Part shown: one piece after another, positions 38,502 through 49,686 of the stretch | Layout of the letters: every line of letters begins with the position of its first letter | Position numbering within the stretch: position 1 is the stretch's first letter | DNA from: a virus | Lineage: Duplodnaviria; Caudoviricetes | Direction: 5' to 3' (one strand) | DNA length: 64,000 nt | IMG/VR virus record: IMGVR_UViG_2799112767_000002 | Span: 1,844 to 65,843 of that record | Notes under the pieces: generated by a model | The model's database searches: none | Told to the model about the DNA's origin: nothing | Seen by the model: the letters and a program-made list of their open reading frames with translations, nothing else | Program-made: the position numbers and the translations under genes

Positions 38502-41500
38502 ATGCTTCTAACACTATATGACCAGTACGGCAATGAGAAAGCGGAACTGCAAGCCAACGACAGCAGTACGCAGGACAAGGAGGTTCAGGCAGACAATGTG
38601 CTGAGCCTGGGCTTCACGCTGTATGAGCATGTGGCCATCGACGTGAATGACTACGTGGACTTCGGCGGTGAGCGTTACTGGGCCGTGGAGAAATACGAGC
38701 CTGCGGAAAAGAGCAGCGTGGAATGGGAGTACAGTCTGAAGCTGTACGGCATAGAGAGCCTTATCAAGCGTTTTCTGGTACTGAACAACACGGACGGCGA
38801 TAACGAGGCAGTGTTCACGCTGACCGCCCGTCCCGTGGATCATGTGCGCCTGATAGTGAAGTGCATCAACGACGGCATGGACCAGACAACGAACTTCAAG
38901 GTGGGCAGCGTGGAAGGCACCGATAACGTGGTGATCAACTACGAAGGCAAATACTGCGATGAAGCCCTGAAAGAACTTGCCGAGACGGTAGGCGTGGAAT
39001 GGTGGTTTGACGGCGAGACGCTGAACCTGAGCCGCTGTGAGTGGGGCAGCGCGGTTGTGCTTGGCTACGGCGAGGGGCTGACCAGCCTGGAGCAGGACAA
39101 GGCCGACAACGTGAAGTTCTACACGCGGCTGTTCCCGATAGGCAGCAGCCGGAACATCGACAGGGAGCGCTATGGCGCAAGCCGACTGCAGTTGCCCGGC
39201 GGTGCGAAGTATGTGGACATGGGCGACCTTGTGCAGAAATACGGTGTCATACACCACTATGAGCAGGAAGCCTTCAGCGGCATCTATCCACGGCGGGTCG
39301 GTGTGGTGAGCAGCGTGCGCTCGAGAGAGGTGCAGGACAGCGACGGCAAGCCCTATACCATCTACTACTTCAAGGACAACGGCCTGACGTTTGACCCGAA
39401 CGCCTACGAGATAGGCGGTCTGGTGAAACACGTGAGTTTTCAGGAGGGCTCAGAACTTGCCGGACTGGGGACGGACAATGACCACTACTTTGAGGTGAAC
39501 TTCGACAGCGAGACACGCGAGTTTGAGATCATCACGATATGGCCCTACGATGACGACCGGCAGTTGCCCGGCGACACGTTGGTACCGAAGCCCGGTGACA
39601 AGTATATTCTGTGGAACATCCGGATGCCGGACGAGTATTACACGCTTGCCGAGACCGAGTTCCAGAGCGCTGTGGAGGAATACAACCGCAAGCACACCCA
39701 GGACGTGAGCCGCTACAAGGCGCCGACCGACCATGTGTGGATAGAGGACACCGGCACGGAACTGGAGGTCGGGCGACGTGTGCGCCTGAAGAGTCAGGAG
39801 TATTTTCCGAGGCTGGGCTACAGAGAGAGCCGAATCACACGCATAAGCCGGAGCGTGAACCTACCAAGCCAGATGGACTTGGAGATTAGCGACGCACTGA
39901 GTAGCGGAACACTGGATAAGATAGACGATGCCATCAGCGACGCGAAGAGTTATGCCGGCAGCATACTGGGTGCGGTGAACGTCCCCGACCTTATCAGGAG
40001 TTGGGACGAGACAAAGCCGACGGACAACAACATCTACAGCGCGCGGCGGACGCACAAGGAGTTCCTGAGCAAGAACACTGCAGACAGGGCCAAGAAAAAG
40101 ATCATCTTCGACGAGGGCATCGAGGCTGGCGACTTTGAAGCCGGTTCACGAGGCGGCCATATCGACGGCCAGGGCAATGCCGAACTGCTGACGCTGGTGG
40201 TGCGCCAACTGCTGCGCAGCGCGAGGTTCGTGGACGGCTTCGGCGGTGAGGGATGGCAGTTGTGGATAGATGAGCAGGAACTGGCTAACCTGACCATCGA
40301 CAAACTGACGGTGCGCCAGGTGATGACCGTGTTTGAACTGCTGGTAGAGAAAATCCGTAGCGTTGGCGGTCAGATTGTGGTGAGTGCCGCCAATGGAAAA
40401 ATAAAGACCGTGGAGGAGGTGGACGGCTACTACAAGATCACCTTCGAGCAAGAGAATACCTTCCAGGCACACGATTTGATGCGCAGCCAGACCTTCACAG
40501 GCGGCAACCTGAAATCGTACTGGGTGGAGGTGGCTGCAGTTGACGGCAATTCGGTACTGGTAGAAACGAGTGAGTTTGACGCCAGTCTTCCGGCTGAAGC
40601 CGACGAGGTGGTGCTGATGGGCAACACCGAGAACGCGCTGCGCCAGAACCTGATACTTATATCAGCCACCGAGGACGGCCAGCCTCGCATAGACGTGATG
40701 GACGGTGTGAAGGCGAAGAACTTCACGGACTGCCTGCGTGCGCGTCTGGGCAACCTGGACGGCATCAAGGATGACTGGTTCCCGGCAGACAACCAGCCCC
40801 ACGGCAACGGCCTGTACAGCGACAACGCCTACCTGCGCGGCACGTTCCTGTTGGTAACGGGCGAAGACATCAAGACAAAGTTTGAGATAACTGAGGGCAA
40901 GATAGCAAGTAGCGTGAGTGCGCTGCGCCAGGACTTTGCCATTGACAGAGGCTACCTGAACAACCCCAGTTTTGACGAGGGGCTGAGCAAGTGGCTGACG
41001 GAGAACGAGACAGTGTTCTGGCTGGTTGGTAACAAATGGATCTGGGCCAACGAGAACGTGCTGACCAAGAAAGGCGACGGTGCAAGCGTGACGAAAGACG
41101 ACGGTCGTGTGGTGGTCAGGATCAAGAACAAGTATATCACCCAGAAGAACGCGAACCTGCGCAGCAAGCCGACGATGGAGACGAACCCGACGACGGGACA
41201 GAAGGAGGCGAAGCCGGTATATCTGAGTTTCCTGTACCGCTGCGCGGAGGCTGGCACGCTGAAGGTGCGTTTCGAGGGTGTTGACAAGGCTGGCTTCGAG
41301 AACTTCAACTCTATGGACGTGGAGGAAGAACTGGCAGTGACCGACGGCTACAAGCAGTACACCTGCAACGGGCTGTGGAACGGCACAGGCGACTTCAAAC
41401 TGAGTTTCACTGGCGACATCTACCTGTATATGCTCATACTGAGCACAGACAAGATTGAGAGCCTGACGTATAAGTACCGGACGCTGTTCGAGCAGAGTGA

Positions 41501-42464
41501 GAAGCTGGTGAAGATAGCCGCCCAGAACTTCGACCAGAACGGCAACGTGCTTGCTGAGAGCGGCATTATGGTGAAAGCCGAGGGCACCGGCATCTATGCC
41601 CAGGGTCCCGACGGGAAACTGGCACTGATAGGCGTTGGCGTGGAGGAAAGTTACACCGACGAGGAGGGTCAGGAACAGACGCGGACGGTGATTAAGCTGA
41701 CCGCTGACAACATCAAACTGGAGGGACTGGTGACAGCAAACCAGAATTTCAAGATTAAGGAAGACGGCAGCATCGAGGCTGTGAATGGTAAGTTCACAGG
41801 AGAAATCAATGCCAGCAGTGGAACGATAGGCGGTTTCGCCATAAGTTCTCATTCTCTGGTATCGCAAGACTACGATGGCAGTGAAATGTATCTTAGCAGC
41901 GATCTGTTGCGTTTCACGGACACTAACGGCACGAACAATAGTGTCTATATAGGAGCCGATACCGTCCCCCCATCTTCCGGCGGCTCTTGGTCGTGCCCGA
42001 TGCGTGTTAGCGTGGAGCGTGACGATGGTGATGACGGTATCAAAATATACTCAAATATAGGAATCCATATCAGCGCGACTGGTGCAAAAAGTTGGGATGA
42101 CATGCCCTTCACCGGCAATCATGCCCTGTATATTGCCGACGGTGACATTTGCGGTTTCCGTCTTCGCACCCGTCGAGTAAGCAAGAACCAGACGCTGAGC
42201 GACTATGACGGCGTGATACTGACAGTAGGCAGCGAGAATATTACCCTGACCCTTCCTGCTAACCCGAAAGAAGGTCAGATTTATATGTTCAAGCAGATGT
42301 CTTCGGGCAGTTATACCCTACAGGTTGGCGACTCCAGCCATAATATCAATGACGGGCGAACAAACAGGAAACAGTCTTGGACTGTAAATTCTGGATGTTT
42401 TGTGATTCTCGTCTGGGACAGAGTGAACAAACTCTGGTGTGCAGGATATACGAACAACAACTAA
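38502..42464 (+). CDS. Tail tip/baseplate hub protein
   Basis: 1320 aa; TRLFPIGSSRNI, GIYPRR, ITRISR; C-terminal fibre-like segment. Confidence 0.7.
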   Translation: MLLTLYDQYGNEKAELQANDSSTQDKEVQADNVLSLGFTLYEHVAIDVNDYVDFGGERYWAVEKYEPAEKSSVEWEYSLKLYGIESLIKRFLVLNNTDGDNEAVFTLTARPVDHVRLIVKCINDGMDQTTNFKVGSVEGTDNVVINYEGKYCDEALKELAETVGVEWWFDGETLNLSRCEWGSAVVLGYGEGLTSLEQDKADNVKFYTRLFPIGSSRNIDRERYGASRLQLPGGAKYVDMGDLVQKYGVIHHYEQEAFSGIYPRRVGVVSSVRSREVQDSDGKPYTIYYFKDNGLTFDPNAYEIGGLVKHVSFQEGSELAGLGTDNDHYFEVNFDSETREFEIITIWPYDDDRQLPGDTLVPKPGDKYILWNIRMPDEYYTLAETEFQSAVEEYNRKHTQDVSRYKAPTDHVWIEDTGTELEVGRRVRLKSQEYFPRLGYRESRITRISRSVNLPSQMDLEISDALSSGTLDKIDDAISDAKSYAGSILGAVNVPDLIRSWDETKPTDNNIYSARRTHKEFLSKNTADRAKKKIIFDEGIEAGDFEAGSRGGHIDGQGNAELLTLVVRQLLRSARFVDGFGGEGWQLWIDEQELANLTIDKLTVRQVMTVFELLVEKIRSVGGQIVVSAANGKIKTVEEVDGYYKITFEQENTFQAHDLMRSQTFTGGNLKSYWVEVAAVDGNSVLVETSEFDASLPAEADEVVLMGNTENALRQNLILISATEDGQPRIDVMDGVKAKNFTDCLRARLGNLDGIKDDWFPADNQPHGNGLYSDNAYLRGTFLLVTGEDIKTKFEITEGKIASSVSALRQDFAIDRGYLNNPSFDEGLSKWLTENETVFWLVGNKWIWANENVLTKKGDGASVTKDDGRVVVRIKNKYITQKNANLRSKPTMETNPTTGQKEAKPVYLSFLYRCAEAGTLKVRFEGVDKAGFENFNSMDVEEELAVTDGYKQYTCNGLWNGTGDFKLSFTGDIYLYMLILSTDKIESLTYKYRTLFEQSEKLVKIAAQNFDQNGNVLAESGIMVKAEGTGIYAQGPDGKLALIGVGVEESYTDEEGQEQTRTVIKLTADNIKLEGLVTANQNFKIKEDGSIEAVNGKFTGEINASSGTIGGFAISSHSLVSQDYDGSEMYLSSDLLRFTDTNGTNNSVYIGADTVPPSSGGSWSCPMRVSVERDDGDDGIKIYSNIGIHISATGAKSWDDMPFTGNHALYIADGDICGFRLRTRRVSKNQTLSDYDGVILTVGSENITLTLPANPKEGQIYMFKQMSSGSYTLQVGDSSHNINDGRTNRKQSWTVNSGCFVILVWDRVNKLWCAGYTNNN

Positions 42465-42476
42465 AAATACACAGCA

Positions 42477-42758
42477 ATGGCAAAAATCAATTTTCAGCAA
42501 TTTGAGATGTGGGACGGCATCGCCCACAGACAAAAAACGACTGTAGATGCCCGTGAAGGTATTGCAGACCTCATATATCGCAATACCATAGGAATGCGTG
42601 GTCATTCGCTTGCCCATAAAGTGTATGAGAGCGAAGGTGCCATTGACTACACAGAAGAGGAAGTCCGTACGCTATGTGGAATAGTGGAGCGTCTTGGCAC
42701 GGGTCCCGCTATCGACGGACTTCACGAGCAGTTGAACCTGAACAATAAGGAGGATTAA
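42477..42758 (+). CDS. Phage hypothetical protein
   Basis: 93-aa ORF in the operon. Confidence 0.65.
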   Translation: MAKINFQQFEMWDGIAHRQKTTVDAREGIADLIYRNTIGMRGHSLAHKVYESEGAIDYTEEEVRTLCGIVERLGTGPAIDGLHEQLNLNNKED

Positions 42759-42760
42759 CT

Positions 42761-45700
42761 ATGACAGAGCAAGAGAAACAAGAAATCAAGCAGGAAGTGC
42801 TGAACGCCATCAAGAGCGAGAGCCAGGGCGTGACGGAACTGGAGGAAGTGTCGAGCCTTGACGGGGTGAAGACCCTGCCCGCGCTTCGCGGCACGGAACT
42901 GGTGAGTGCGCCTGTAAGTCTGCTGGGCAAGCCGGCTACCGATGCGGCAGCGCAGGCACTGGCAGCGAAAGCAGCGGCAGAAGGAGCAGCCGGAACCGCC
43001 AACACCGCCGCGGGCAATGCCGACGCAAAGGCTCAGGCGGCACAGACGGCGGCACAAGCGGCCACGGATGCGAAAGAAGCGACGGAGCAAGCCACACAAG
43101 CAGCCGAAGCCGTGGTGGAACAATATGAGGACGTGGCAGTGTTGGCTCGGAACGGTGCCACAGCCCGTTTTGCCGGCATATTGGATGACGTGACGCTGGC
43201 GGAGCAGAGCTTCACCAGTGTGGATGCCATCTACTATGTGACGGCGAAGAAACTGTTTGTCGGCAAGAATGGCACAAGATACAGCATGTCTTGGAAAGGT
43301 TGTGAAATGTACAACGACCTGACCGCTGACCCGATAGGCATCAGGAAGGACAAACTCTACCTGCAGGGCGACACACTCTATGCCTGGAGCGACGAAGATA
43401 ATGCCCTTGTGGAGGCCAGCGGCACCGGCGGCGGCAATACCATCAACGTGACGGAGACCTATCCGCTGGACAATGGCTTTTACACCCTTGCCACCGCCAT
43501 CAGAGCCGTGGAGGAGAAGAAGCGCGTGAAAGGCGCATGTGTGACCTTCGAGGTGAGCCAGGGCAAGTGGCAGACGAAGCAGTTTGTGGGTACCAGCCTG
43601 ACCAGTTGGGAGAGCGAGAGCAGCTGGGACGACTTCGGCGGTGGCGGCACGGTGAAGAGCGTGACGCTGAACGGTCAGAAGAAGACCCCCGACGCCCAAG
43701 GCAACATAGACCTGACGGTGGACGAGTTGACGGTGGATGCGAGCCTGGATGCCCAGAGCACGAACCCTGTGGAGAACCGCGCCGTTGCTGGCAAGTTCAA
43801 CGAGATAGAGAGTGCGACCCTGTTTGACAGCGACGTGGAGGAAGGCGACGACGGCACCCAGACGGTGACGCTGAAGAACAAGAGCGGTGCGGCCATTACC
43901 CAGTTCACGCTGGCAGCCGGCGGTGGCGGTGGCGGCGGCGACACCCAGGCGACGAAGATTGTGCTGGGCGCAAGCGTGAACCAGGGCATCATCAAAGAAG
44001 GCGGGAACTGCGTGCTGACGTGGAGCTATGACCATCAATATACCAGCGGCGATGATGCAGGCCAGACAACAGGGCAGAAGGCAACGGTGGAGATAAGGGT
44101 GCTTCGAGGCTCCATCCTTGCCTACAGCGTCACGACGGAAGACGTGAGCAAAGGCACCTACACGCTGGATGTGAGCAAATACCTGCAGGTGGGCACGACC
44201 GACATCTACGTGAAGGCGACGACCACCGACCCGACTACGGGCAAGACACAGACGAAGCAGGCGTATGCGAACGTGAAGGTGGTGAACCTGAGCCTGCAGA
44301 GCAGTTACAGCCTGAGCAGCGGTCTGAGCACCGGCGGCTACGGCTCGACGGAAAGCGCGGTCATCCCCTACACCGTGCAGGGCACCGGCACGAAGGTCGT
44401 CACCCTGTATGTGGACGGGAGCCAGTACGAGACTGCGACCGTGACCAGGAGCGGCGCGACTAACGGCAGTTTCACGATACCGATGAGCGGACTGACCATA
44501 GGCCGTCACACGGTGCAGATGGTGGCCGAGATGGATGCCAGCGCCGACCTGACGCTGAGGAGCGAGAGCATCTACATGGACATCTTCAAGGCCGGCAGCA
44601 GTGCCCCGCTGATCGGCACGAAGCACACGTTCCAGGACGGACGCATCTTCACGACAGACCACCGCACCCCACGTCTGGCAGCCGGACAGTATGAGCAGCT
44701 GACCTTCGAGTATGCCGTGTATGACGCAGGCGTTACCCCTGCCCCGATGAGTGTGTGGCAGAACGGGGAGAAGGTGCAGGACGTGTCGGTTCCCCGTAGC
44801 ACCCAGACCTACGCCAACCGCTTCACGGAGCAGGGCGCACAGACCATGAAACTGGTGAGCGGCGCGACGGAATACCCGTTCTATATCGACGTGAGCAAGA
44901 GCAGCATCGACGTGGAGGAAGCGACCCTTGACCTGCGGCTGAAGCTGAGCGCCGCCGGCAGGAGCAACGGCGAGAGCGACCCCGTGCACTGGGAGCACGG
45001 CGAGGTGAAGACCACCTTCGAGAACGTGGACTGGCAGACGAGCGGGTGGACCGGCGAGTCGCTGAAGCTGATGAACGGCGCGAAAGCCTACATCGACTTC
45101 AAGCCCTTCACGCAGGATGCCGCCACGACGGGCCGCACGTTTGAGGTGGAACTGAAGGTGAGCAACATCACGGACAAGGAGAGCGACGTGGTGAGTTGCC
45201 TGGACGGAGTGAAGGGCTTCCAGATCACGGCAGACAAGGCCATGATGTACACCGGCTCGACGAAGGAGGTGGAGGACGAGGACGGCAACAAGACCACCCA
45301 GCCCGTGGGCGTTGGCCGCCAGTACGGTCAGGATATGTGGGTGAAGATTGCTTTCGTGATTGGCAAGCGCTCAGAAGGGCGCCTGATGGAACTCTACGTG
45401 AACGGTACGCGCTGCGCTGCCGACATCTACGGTGACAGCGACAACTTCATGCAGGACACGCCGAAGGGAATCACGCTGGACAGCACGGGTGCAGACGTGG
45501 AGGTGCGGACGGTGCATGTGTATGACCGTGCGCTGAGCGACGACGAGGAAATGGACAACCACATCGTGAACCGCCAGACGCTGGACGAGATGGCCGCCCT
45601 GTTTGAAGAGAACGACGTGCTGGGCGAGGACGGACGGAGCATCGACTTCCAGAAACTGCGTAACAAGGGCAAGGGCATCATGCTCGTGGTGCGCCAGGGC

Positions 45701-48700
45701 GGACTGGACCCTGTGAACGCCGAGAACAACAAGAAGACCGACTTCCTTGCCGACGTGCACCTGTGGCTTCCGGACGGACGGTACATCTACCTGCACAACG
45801 TATATATCAGAATCCAGGGCACGAGCTCGACGAAATACCCGACGAAGAACTACCGCATCTACTGCGCGAAGGGAGAGAATCCGGAGATGTATATCAACGG
45901 CGTGAAGCAGACGGAACTGAAGATCGCCCTGCGCGTGGGACAGAAGAAAGTGAAGATCCTTTGTGCCAAGGCTGACTACTCAGACTCGTCAATGGCTCAG
46001 AACACCGGCGGCGCGAAGCTGTGGAACAACCTGATGAAGTCGCTGGGGTTCCTGACCCCGCCTCAGCAGGTGGACAGCAACGTGAGGACAGCCGTGGACG
46101 GTTTTCCTATCGACGTGTTCTCGGCAGAGAGCCTGGAGGACACGCCGACCTACTACGGCCAGTACAACCTGAACCACGACAAGAGCGACTGGCAGGCTAT
46201 CATCGGCATGGAAGGCGTGGATGGTTTCACGCCGACAGAACCCATCGCCTTCGAGTTCCTGAACAACACGCAGCCGCTGTGCCTGTTCCAGGGACAGAGC
46301 GACCTGGACGCGCAGGCGGCAGCGGAGTTTGACAACGCCCTGGAGTTCAACTACCCGGCGAAGACGGGTGGCGAGGATACGAAGTGGGCCAATGCGCCGA
46401 CGGCGAAGAAAAACGCCTTCAAGCGTCTGTGGGGCTGGATTAGGGACTGTGTGCCGGCAGGCGCGACACCGAGCGACGTGAGCACGTTTGTCTCGAGCGA
46501 GTTCAAAACGGAGGTGAGCCAGTACCTGAACCTGAACTTCCTGCTGTGCTGGTGGCTGTTCACGGATTACTTCGCCAACGTGGACCAGCGGGCGAAGAAC
46601 ATGATAGCCGCGACGTGGGATGCGCTGGTGTGGTATCTGCTGTATTACGACGGCGACACCCAGATTGGCGACCGCAACGACTCGATGCTGGCATACCTGT
46701 ACAACGTGACGCGAGAGACGTGGGACAGCGACAAGAACAAATACGCCTTTGAGGGCCACGACTCGTGGCTGTGGTGCCTGGTTCTCGCCAACTTCAAGGA
46801 TGAGATCAAGGCGATGGCCACGACGATGAGAGAGAAACTGACCGAGGAACTGGTGAACCAGATGTTCGACGAGGAGCAGCAGGGGAACTGGTGCGGCAGA
46901 GCCTACAACAAGAGCGGCGAAATCAAGTACATCAAGCCCCAGACCGAGGGTGTGCAGACGAAGACCGGCATCGTGAAGTACCCGTATATCTACGCCCTGA
47001 AGGGTGACAAGCAGGCATTCAGGCACTGGTTCATCCAGAACCGCTTCGCCCTGCTCGACGCGAAGTATGAGACGGGCAACTATCTCTCTGACAACATAGA
47101 CATGTATATGAGCCGCCAGGCGACGGAGGCGGCCAACACCATCGTGGTGAAGGCGAGCGAACTCTACTACTTCGGCTACGGCACGAACAACGCCCCCCAC
47201 CTGCAGCCGAGCGAGGAGGCCAAGAAAGGCGGCACGGTGACGCTGGTGTTCAGCAACGCCTTCACGGTGAACGACCCGATAAGAATCTACGGCGCGAGCC
47301 GCATTGCCGAACTGAACATGGAGGGAGCGGCGAACAACCTGACGGGTGACCTGAACCTGAACAAGTGCAAGGTGCTGCGTGTGCTTGACCTGCAGACGAA
47401 CGGGAGCGGCAGCACCGGCTGGTGTCTGGTACTGGACCAGTGCCGCCAGTTGACCGACGTGAACCTGTACGGTCAGGCGAGTGCGAAGACCGGCACGCTG
47501 AGCAGCACGGAACTGGACTTCAGGAACCAGACGCGACTGAAGACGCTGGACGCTCGCGGCGTGAACGTCCAAGCGGTGCTGTTTGCTCAGGGCTGTCCTC
47601 TGACGACCGCCAAACTGGGCAGCAACATCCAGACGCTGAGACTGGAGTATCTGCCCGACCTGAAGGAGAGCGGACTGACGCTGCAGAACTGGCGGACGGT
47701 GAAGACGCTGCGCTATGCCGGTTGCCCGAACATCAGCTGGCAGTCGATGATCAGCAAGTGCGTGAACGTGGAACGTGTGCGCATCGAGGGCATCAGCGTG
47801 GAAGACGACGGAACCCTGCTGAACCGCTACAAGAACCTGAAGGGCGTGGACGCGAGCGGCAACGCCGTGGACTACTGCGCCCTTGTGGGCACGGTGCAGC
47901 TGACGAGCTACATGGACGACGAGGACTATGCCGCCATGCAAGCGAGATACCCGGAGCTGACGATCCTGCAGCCCGACTACTCGATGCTGGAGTTTGACGA
48001 CACGGTGAGCGACGACGCCAACGTGAGCAACCTGGACAACGGGACGGGCTACAAGTTCGGCACGGACTATGTGGCGAGCGGCCATGTGCTGGCACTGCTG
48101 AAGAGGCGCTACCGCTGCCTGGCGAAGGTGACGAAGAAGCCGACCTCGCGGAACATCACCCATGCAGGCGTGGCGACGACGCAGAACAATGGGGATGGCG
48201 AGGCGACCATCTATCCGCTCCATGCAGAGAACTCGAACTACTACGCCGATGCCCAGGAACTGAAGAACTGCTCGGCGGCTAAGCTGGACAGCACGGAGGG
48301 CGACTGGATGATGTATGAGCCCCACCGCTGGTTCAAGGGTGTGAACGACTACCTGAACGGCAAGCACTATGCTTGCTGGAGCAGCAACGAGCGTATGCCG
48401 AAGAAGCCGGACTGCGACATTGTGACCCTGGACGAGATCAAGGATGCCGGTGACTACCGGAATAACTACAAGATCATGAGCGGCAAGGAGACGCTGGCGC
48501 AGAGCTACACGGCAGACAACAGCTACGCCGTCTGCAGGGTGGGCGTGAGCGGCTACAAGAAAGTGCGCTTCCCAAGTGTGCCAGGCACGAACCTTGTGTG
48601 TGCCGTGTTCACGGACTCAGCTGGTCTCGTAGTGGGCACGGTAGTGGTGAGCACGCTCGGCTCGAAGTTCGTTGCCGGCATGTACCTGATAGCCGACGTT

Positions 48701-49642
48701 CCGGCAAATGCCGTTGCCCTGAACTTCTCGATTCTGAAGACTGCGGAGTTTGACATGGTGGTGCTGAGCAACAGCACGAAGATAGAGGACATGGAACCCG
48801 ACTGGGTGGAGGTGGAGCCCTACCTGTGCGCCGTAGTGGGCAGCAGCGTGGTCGGGGACAAACTGAGAGCCTGTATCACCGGCGGCTCGACAGCAGCGAG
48901 CATGACGTGGACTGACTTCCACTTCTACTCTGCCCAAAGAGGTATGCAGCAGATAGACGGCCTGATGCACAACGACATCGCCAACCTGTTCTTTGCCAAG
49001 TACGGGCGGCGAGACAGCCAGATGCAGTGCGGCGCGGGACAAAACTCAAACACCAGAACCACCGGCGGCACTGCGAAGATAGGCATGCAGGACACGGTGA
49101 ACACGAACGGCACGACCGTGGGCGGCGTGGAAGGCAACGGTAAGGCCTTCTACAAGGAGACGAACACGGACGGCGAGACGGTGTTCTACCAGTTGAACAA
49201 CACGAACTGCCTCGGCTACGAGGACATCTACGGCCATAAATATGATATGATGGACTGCGTGGACGTTCCGAACGACAGCGGTAACGGCGGCAAGTGGCGA
49301 TACCTGATGCCTGACGGAACATACCGACGGGTAAAGGGCGTGGAGGCCACCGGCTGGATCAACGGCGTGACACACGGAAAATATATGGACGTGGTGCCAG
49401 CAGCCGCTTCGGGCAGCAGCACGACATACTATTGTGACTACTATTACTACAGTGGTTCCACAGGCCGTGTGGTCTATCGCGGCAACAACCACGCGTATGC
49501 GAATGGCGGTGTGTCGTGCGCGTATGCGTTTAGCGATGCGTCGAGCTCGCATGCGTATGTCGGGTCGCGTCTGGCCTTCCGCGGCAAAATCGTGGTGGCG
49601 GAGAGCGTGGCCGCGTACAAGGCGGCAGTCGAGGTAGCGTAA
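42761..49642 (+). CDS. Giant tail fibre/adhesin and DGR target (LamG-like, CotH-like, LRR and C-type-lectin-fold C-terminus)
   Basis: 2293 aa; VR at the 3' end (GRVVYRG...VGSRLAFRG); domain motifs are listed in the findings. Confidence 0.8.
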   Translation: MTEQEKQEIKQEVLNAIKSESQGVTELEEVSSLDGVKTLPALRGTELVSAPVSLLGKPATDAAAQALAAKAAAEGAAGTANTAAGNADAKAQAAQTAAQAATDAKEATEQATQAAEAVVEQYEDVAVLARNGATARFAGILDDVTLAEQSFTSVDAIYYVTAKKLFVGKNGTRYSMSWKGCEMYNDLTADPIGIRKDKLYLQGDTLYAWSDEDNALVEASGTGGGNTINVTETYPLDNGFYTLATAIRAVEEKKRVKGACVTFEVSQGKWQTKQFVGTSLTSWESESSWDDFGGGGTVKSVTLNGQKKTPDAQGNIDLTVDELTVDASLDAQSTNPVENRAVAGKFNEIESATLFDSDVEEGDDGTQTVTLKNKSGAAITQFTLAAGGGGGGGDTQATKIVLGASVNQGIIKEGGNCVLTWSYDHQYTSGDDAGQTTGQKATVEIRVLRGSILAYSVTTEDVSKGTYTLDVSKYLQVGTTDIYVKATTTDPTTGKTQTKQAYANVKVVNLSLQSSYSLSSGLSTGGYGSTESAVIPYTVQGTGTKVVTLYVDGSQYETATVTRSGATNGSFTIPMSGLTIGRHTVQMVAEMDASADLTLRSESIYMDIFKAGSSAPLIGTKHTFQDGRIFTTDHRTPRLAAGQYEQLTFEYAVYDAGVTPAPMSVWQNGEKVQDVSVPRSTQTYANRFTEQGAQTMKLVSGATEYPFYIDVSKSSIDVEEATLDLRLKLSAAGRSNGESDPVHWEHGEVKTTFENVDWQTSGWTGESLKLMNGAKAYIDFKPFTQDAATTGRTFEVELKVSNITDKESDVVSCLDGVKGFQITADKAMMYTGSTKEVEDEDGNKTTQPVGVGRQYGQDMWVKIAFVIGKRSEGRLMELYVNGTRCAADIYGDSDNFMQDTPKGITLDSTGADVEVRTVHVYDRALSDDEEMDNHIVNRQTLDEMAALFEENDVLGEDGRSIDFQKLRNKGKGIMLVVRQGGLDPVNAENNKKTDFLADVHLWLPDGRYIYLHNVYIRIQGTSSTKYPTKNYRIYCAKGENPEMYINGVKQTELKIALRVGQKKVKILCAKADYSDSSMAQNTGGAKLWNNLMKSLGFLTPPQQVDSNVRTAVDGFPIDVFSAESLEDTPTYYGQYNLNHDKSDWQAIIGMEGVDGFTPTEPIAFEFLNNTQPLCLFQGQSDLDAQAAAEFDNALEFNYPAKTGGEDTKWANAPTAKKNAFKRLWGWIRDCVPAGATPSDVSTFVSSEFKTEVSQYLNLNFLLCWWLFTDYFANVDQRAKNMIAATWDALVWYLLYYDGDTQIGDRNDSMLAYLYNVTRETWDSDKNKYAFEGHDSWLWCLVLANFKDEIKAMATTMREKLTEELVNQMFDEEQQGNWCGRAYNKSGEIKYIKPQTEGVQTKTGIVKYPYIYALKGDKQAFRHWFIQNRFALLDAKYETGNYLSDNIDMYMSRQATEAANTIVVKASELYYFGYGTNNAPHLQPSEEAKKGGTVTLVFSNAFTVNDPIRIYGASRIAELNMEGAANNLTGDLNLNKCKVLRVLDLQTNGSGSTGWCLVLDQCRQLTDVNLYGQASAKTGTLSSTELDFRNQTRLKTLDARGVNVQAVLFAQGCPLTTAKLGSNIQTLRLEYLPDLKESGLTLQNWRTVKTLRYAGCPNISWQSMISKCVNVERVRIEGISVEDDGTLLNRYKNLKGVDASGNAVDYCALVGTVQLTSYMDDEDYAAMQARYPELTILQPDYSMLEFDDTVSDDANVSNLDNGTGYKFGTDYVASGHVLALLKRRYRCLAKVTKKPTSRNITHAGVATTQNNGDGEATIYPLHAENSNYYADAQELKNCSAAKLDSTEGDWMMYEPHRWFKGVNDYLNGKHYACWSSNERMPKKPDCDIVTLDEIKDAGDYRNNYKIMSGKETLAQSYTADNSYAVCRVGVSGYKKVRFPSVPGTNLVCAVFTDSAGLVVGTVVVSTLGSKFVAGMYLIADVPANAVALNFSILKTAEFDMVVLSNSTKIEDMEPDWVEVEPYLCAVVGSSVVGDKLRACITGGSTAASMTWTDFHFYSAQRGMQQIDGLMHNDIANLFFAKYGRRDSQMQCGAGQNSNTRTTGGTAKIGMQDTVNTNGTTVGGVEGNGKAFYKETNTDGETVFYQLNNTNCLGYEDIYGHKYDMMDCVDVPNDSGNGGKWRYLMPDGTYRRVKGVEATGWINGVTHGKYMDVVPAAASGSSTTYYCDYYYYSGSTGRVVYRGNNHAYANGGVSCAYAFSDASSSHAYVGSRLAFRGKIVVAESVAAYKAAVEVA
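49462..49574 (+). repeat. DGR variable repeat (VR)
   Basis: 113 bp identical to the TR except for 10 substitutions, all at TR adenines. Confidence 0.97.
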
Positions 49643-49686
49643 GCGGAAAAGCGAAAACGGGAGCGAAGCGACAAAGCGTAAAGCGT

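Noticed and set aside
38502-42464. Second DGR target
   Set aside because: No TR-like sequence was found at this or any other gene end in the window (checked by eye only).
42755-48367. Long minus-strand ORFs (747 aa and 792 aa) and similar ones opposite other phage genes
   Set aside because: Shadow ORFs from high-GC codon bias, antisense to well-supported plus-strand genes, with no recognisable motifs.
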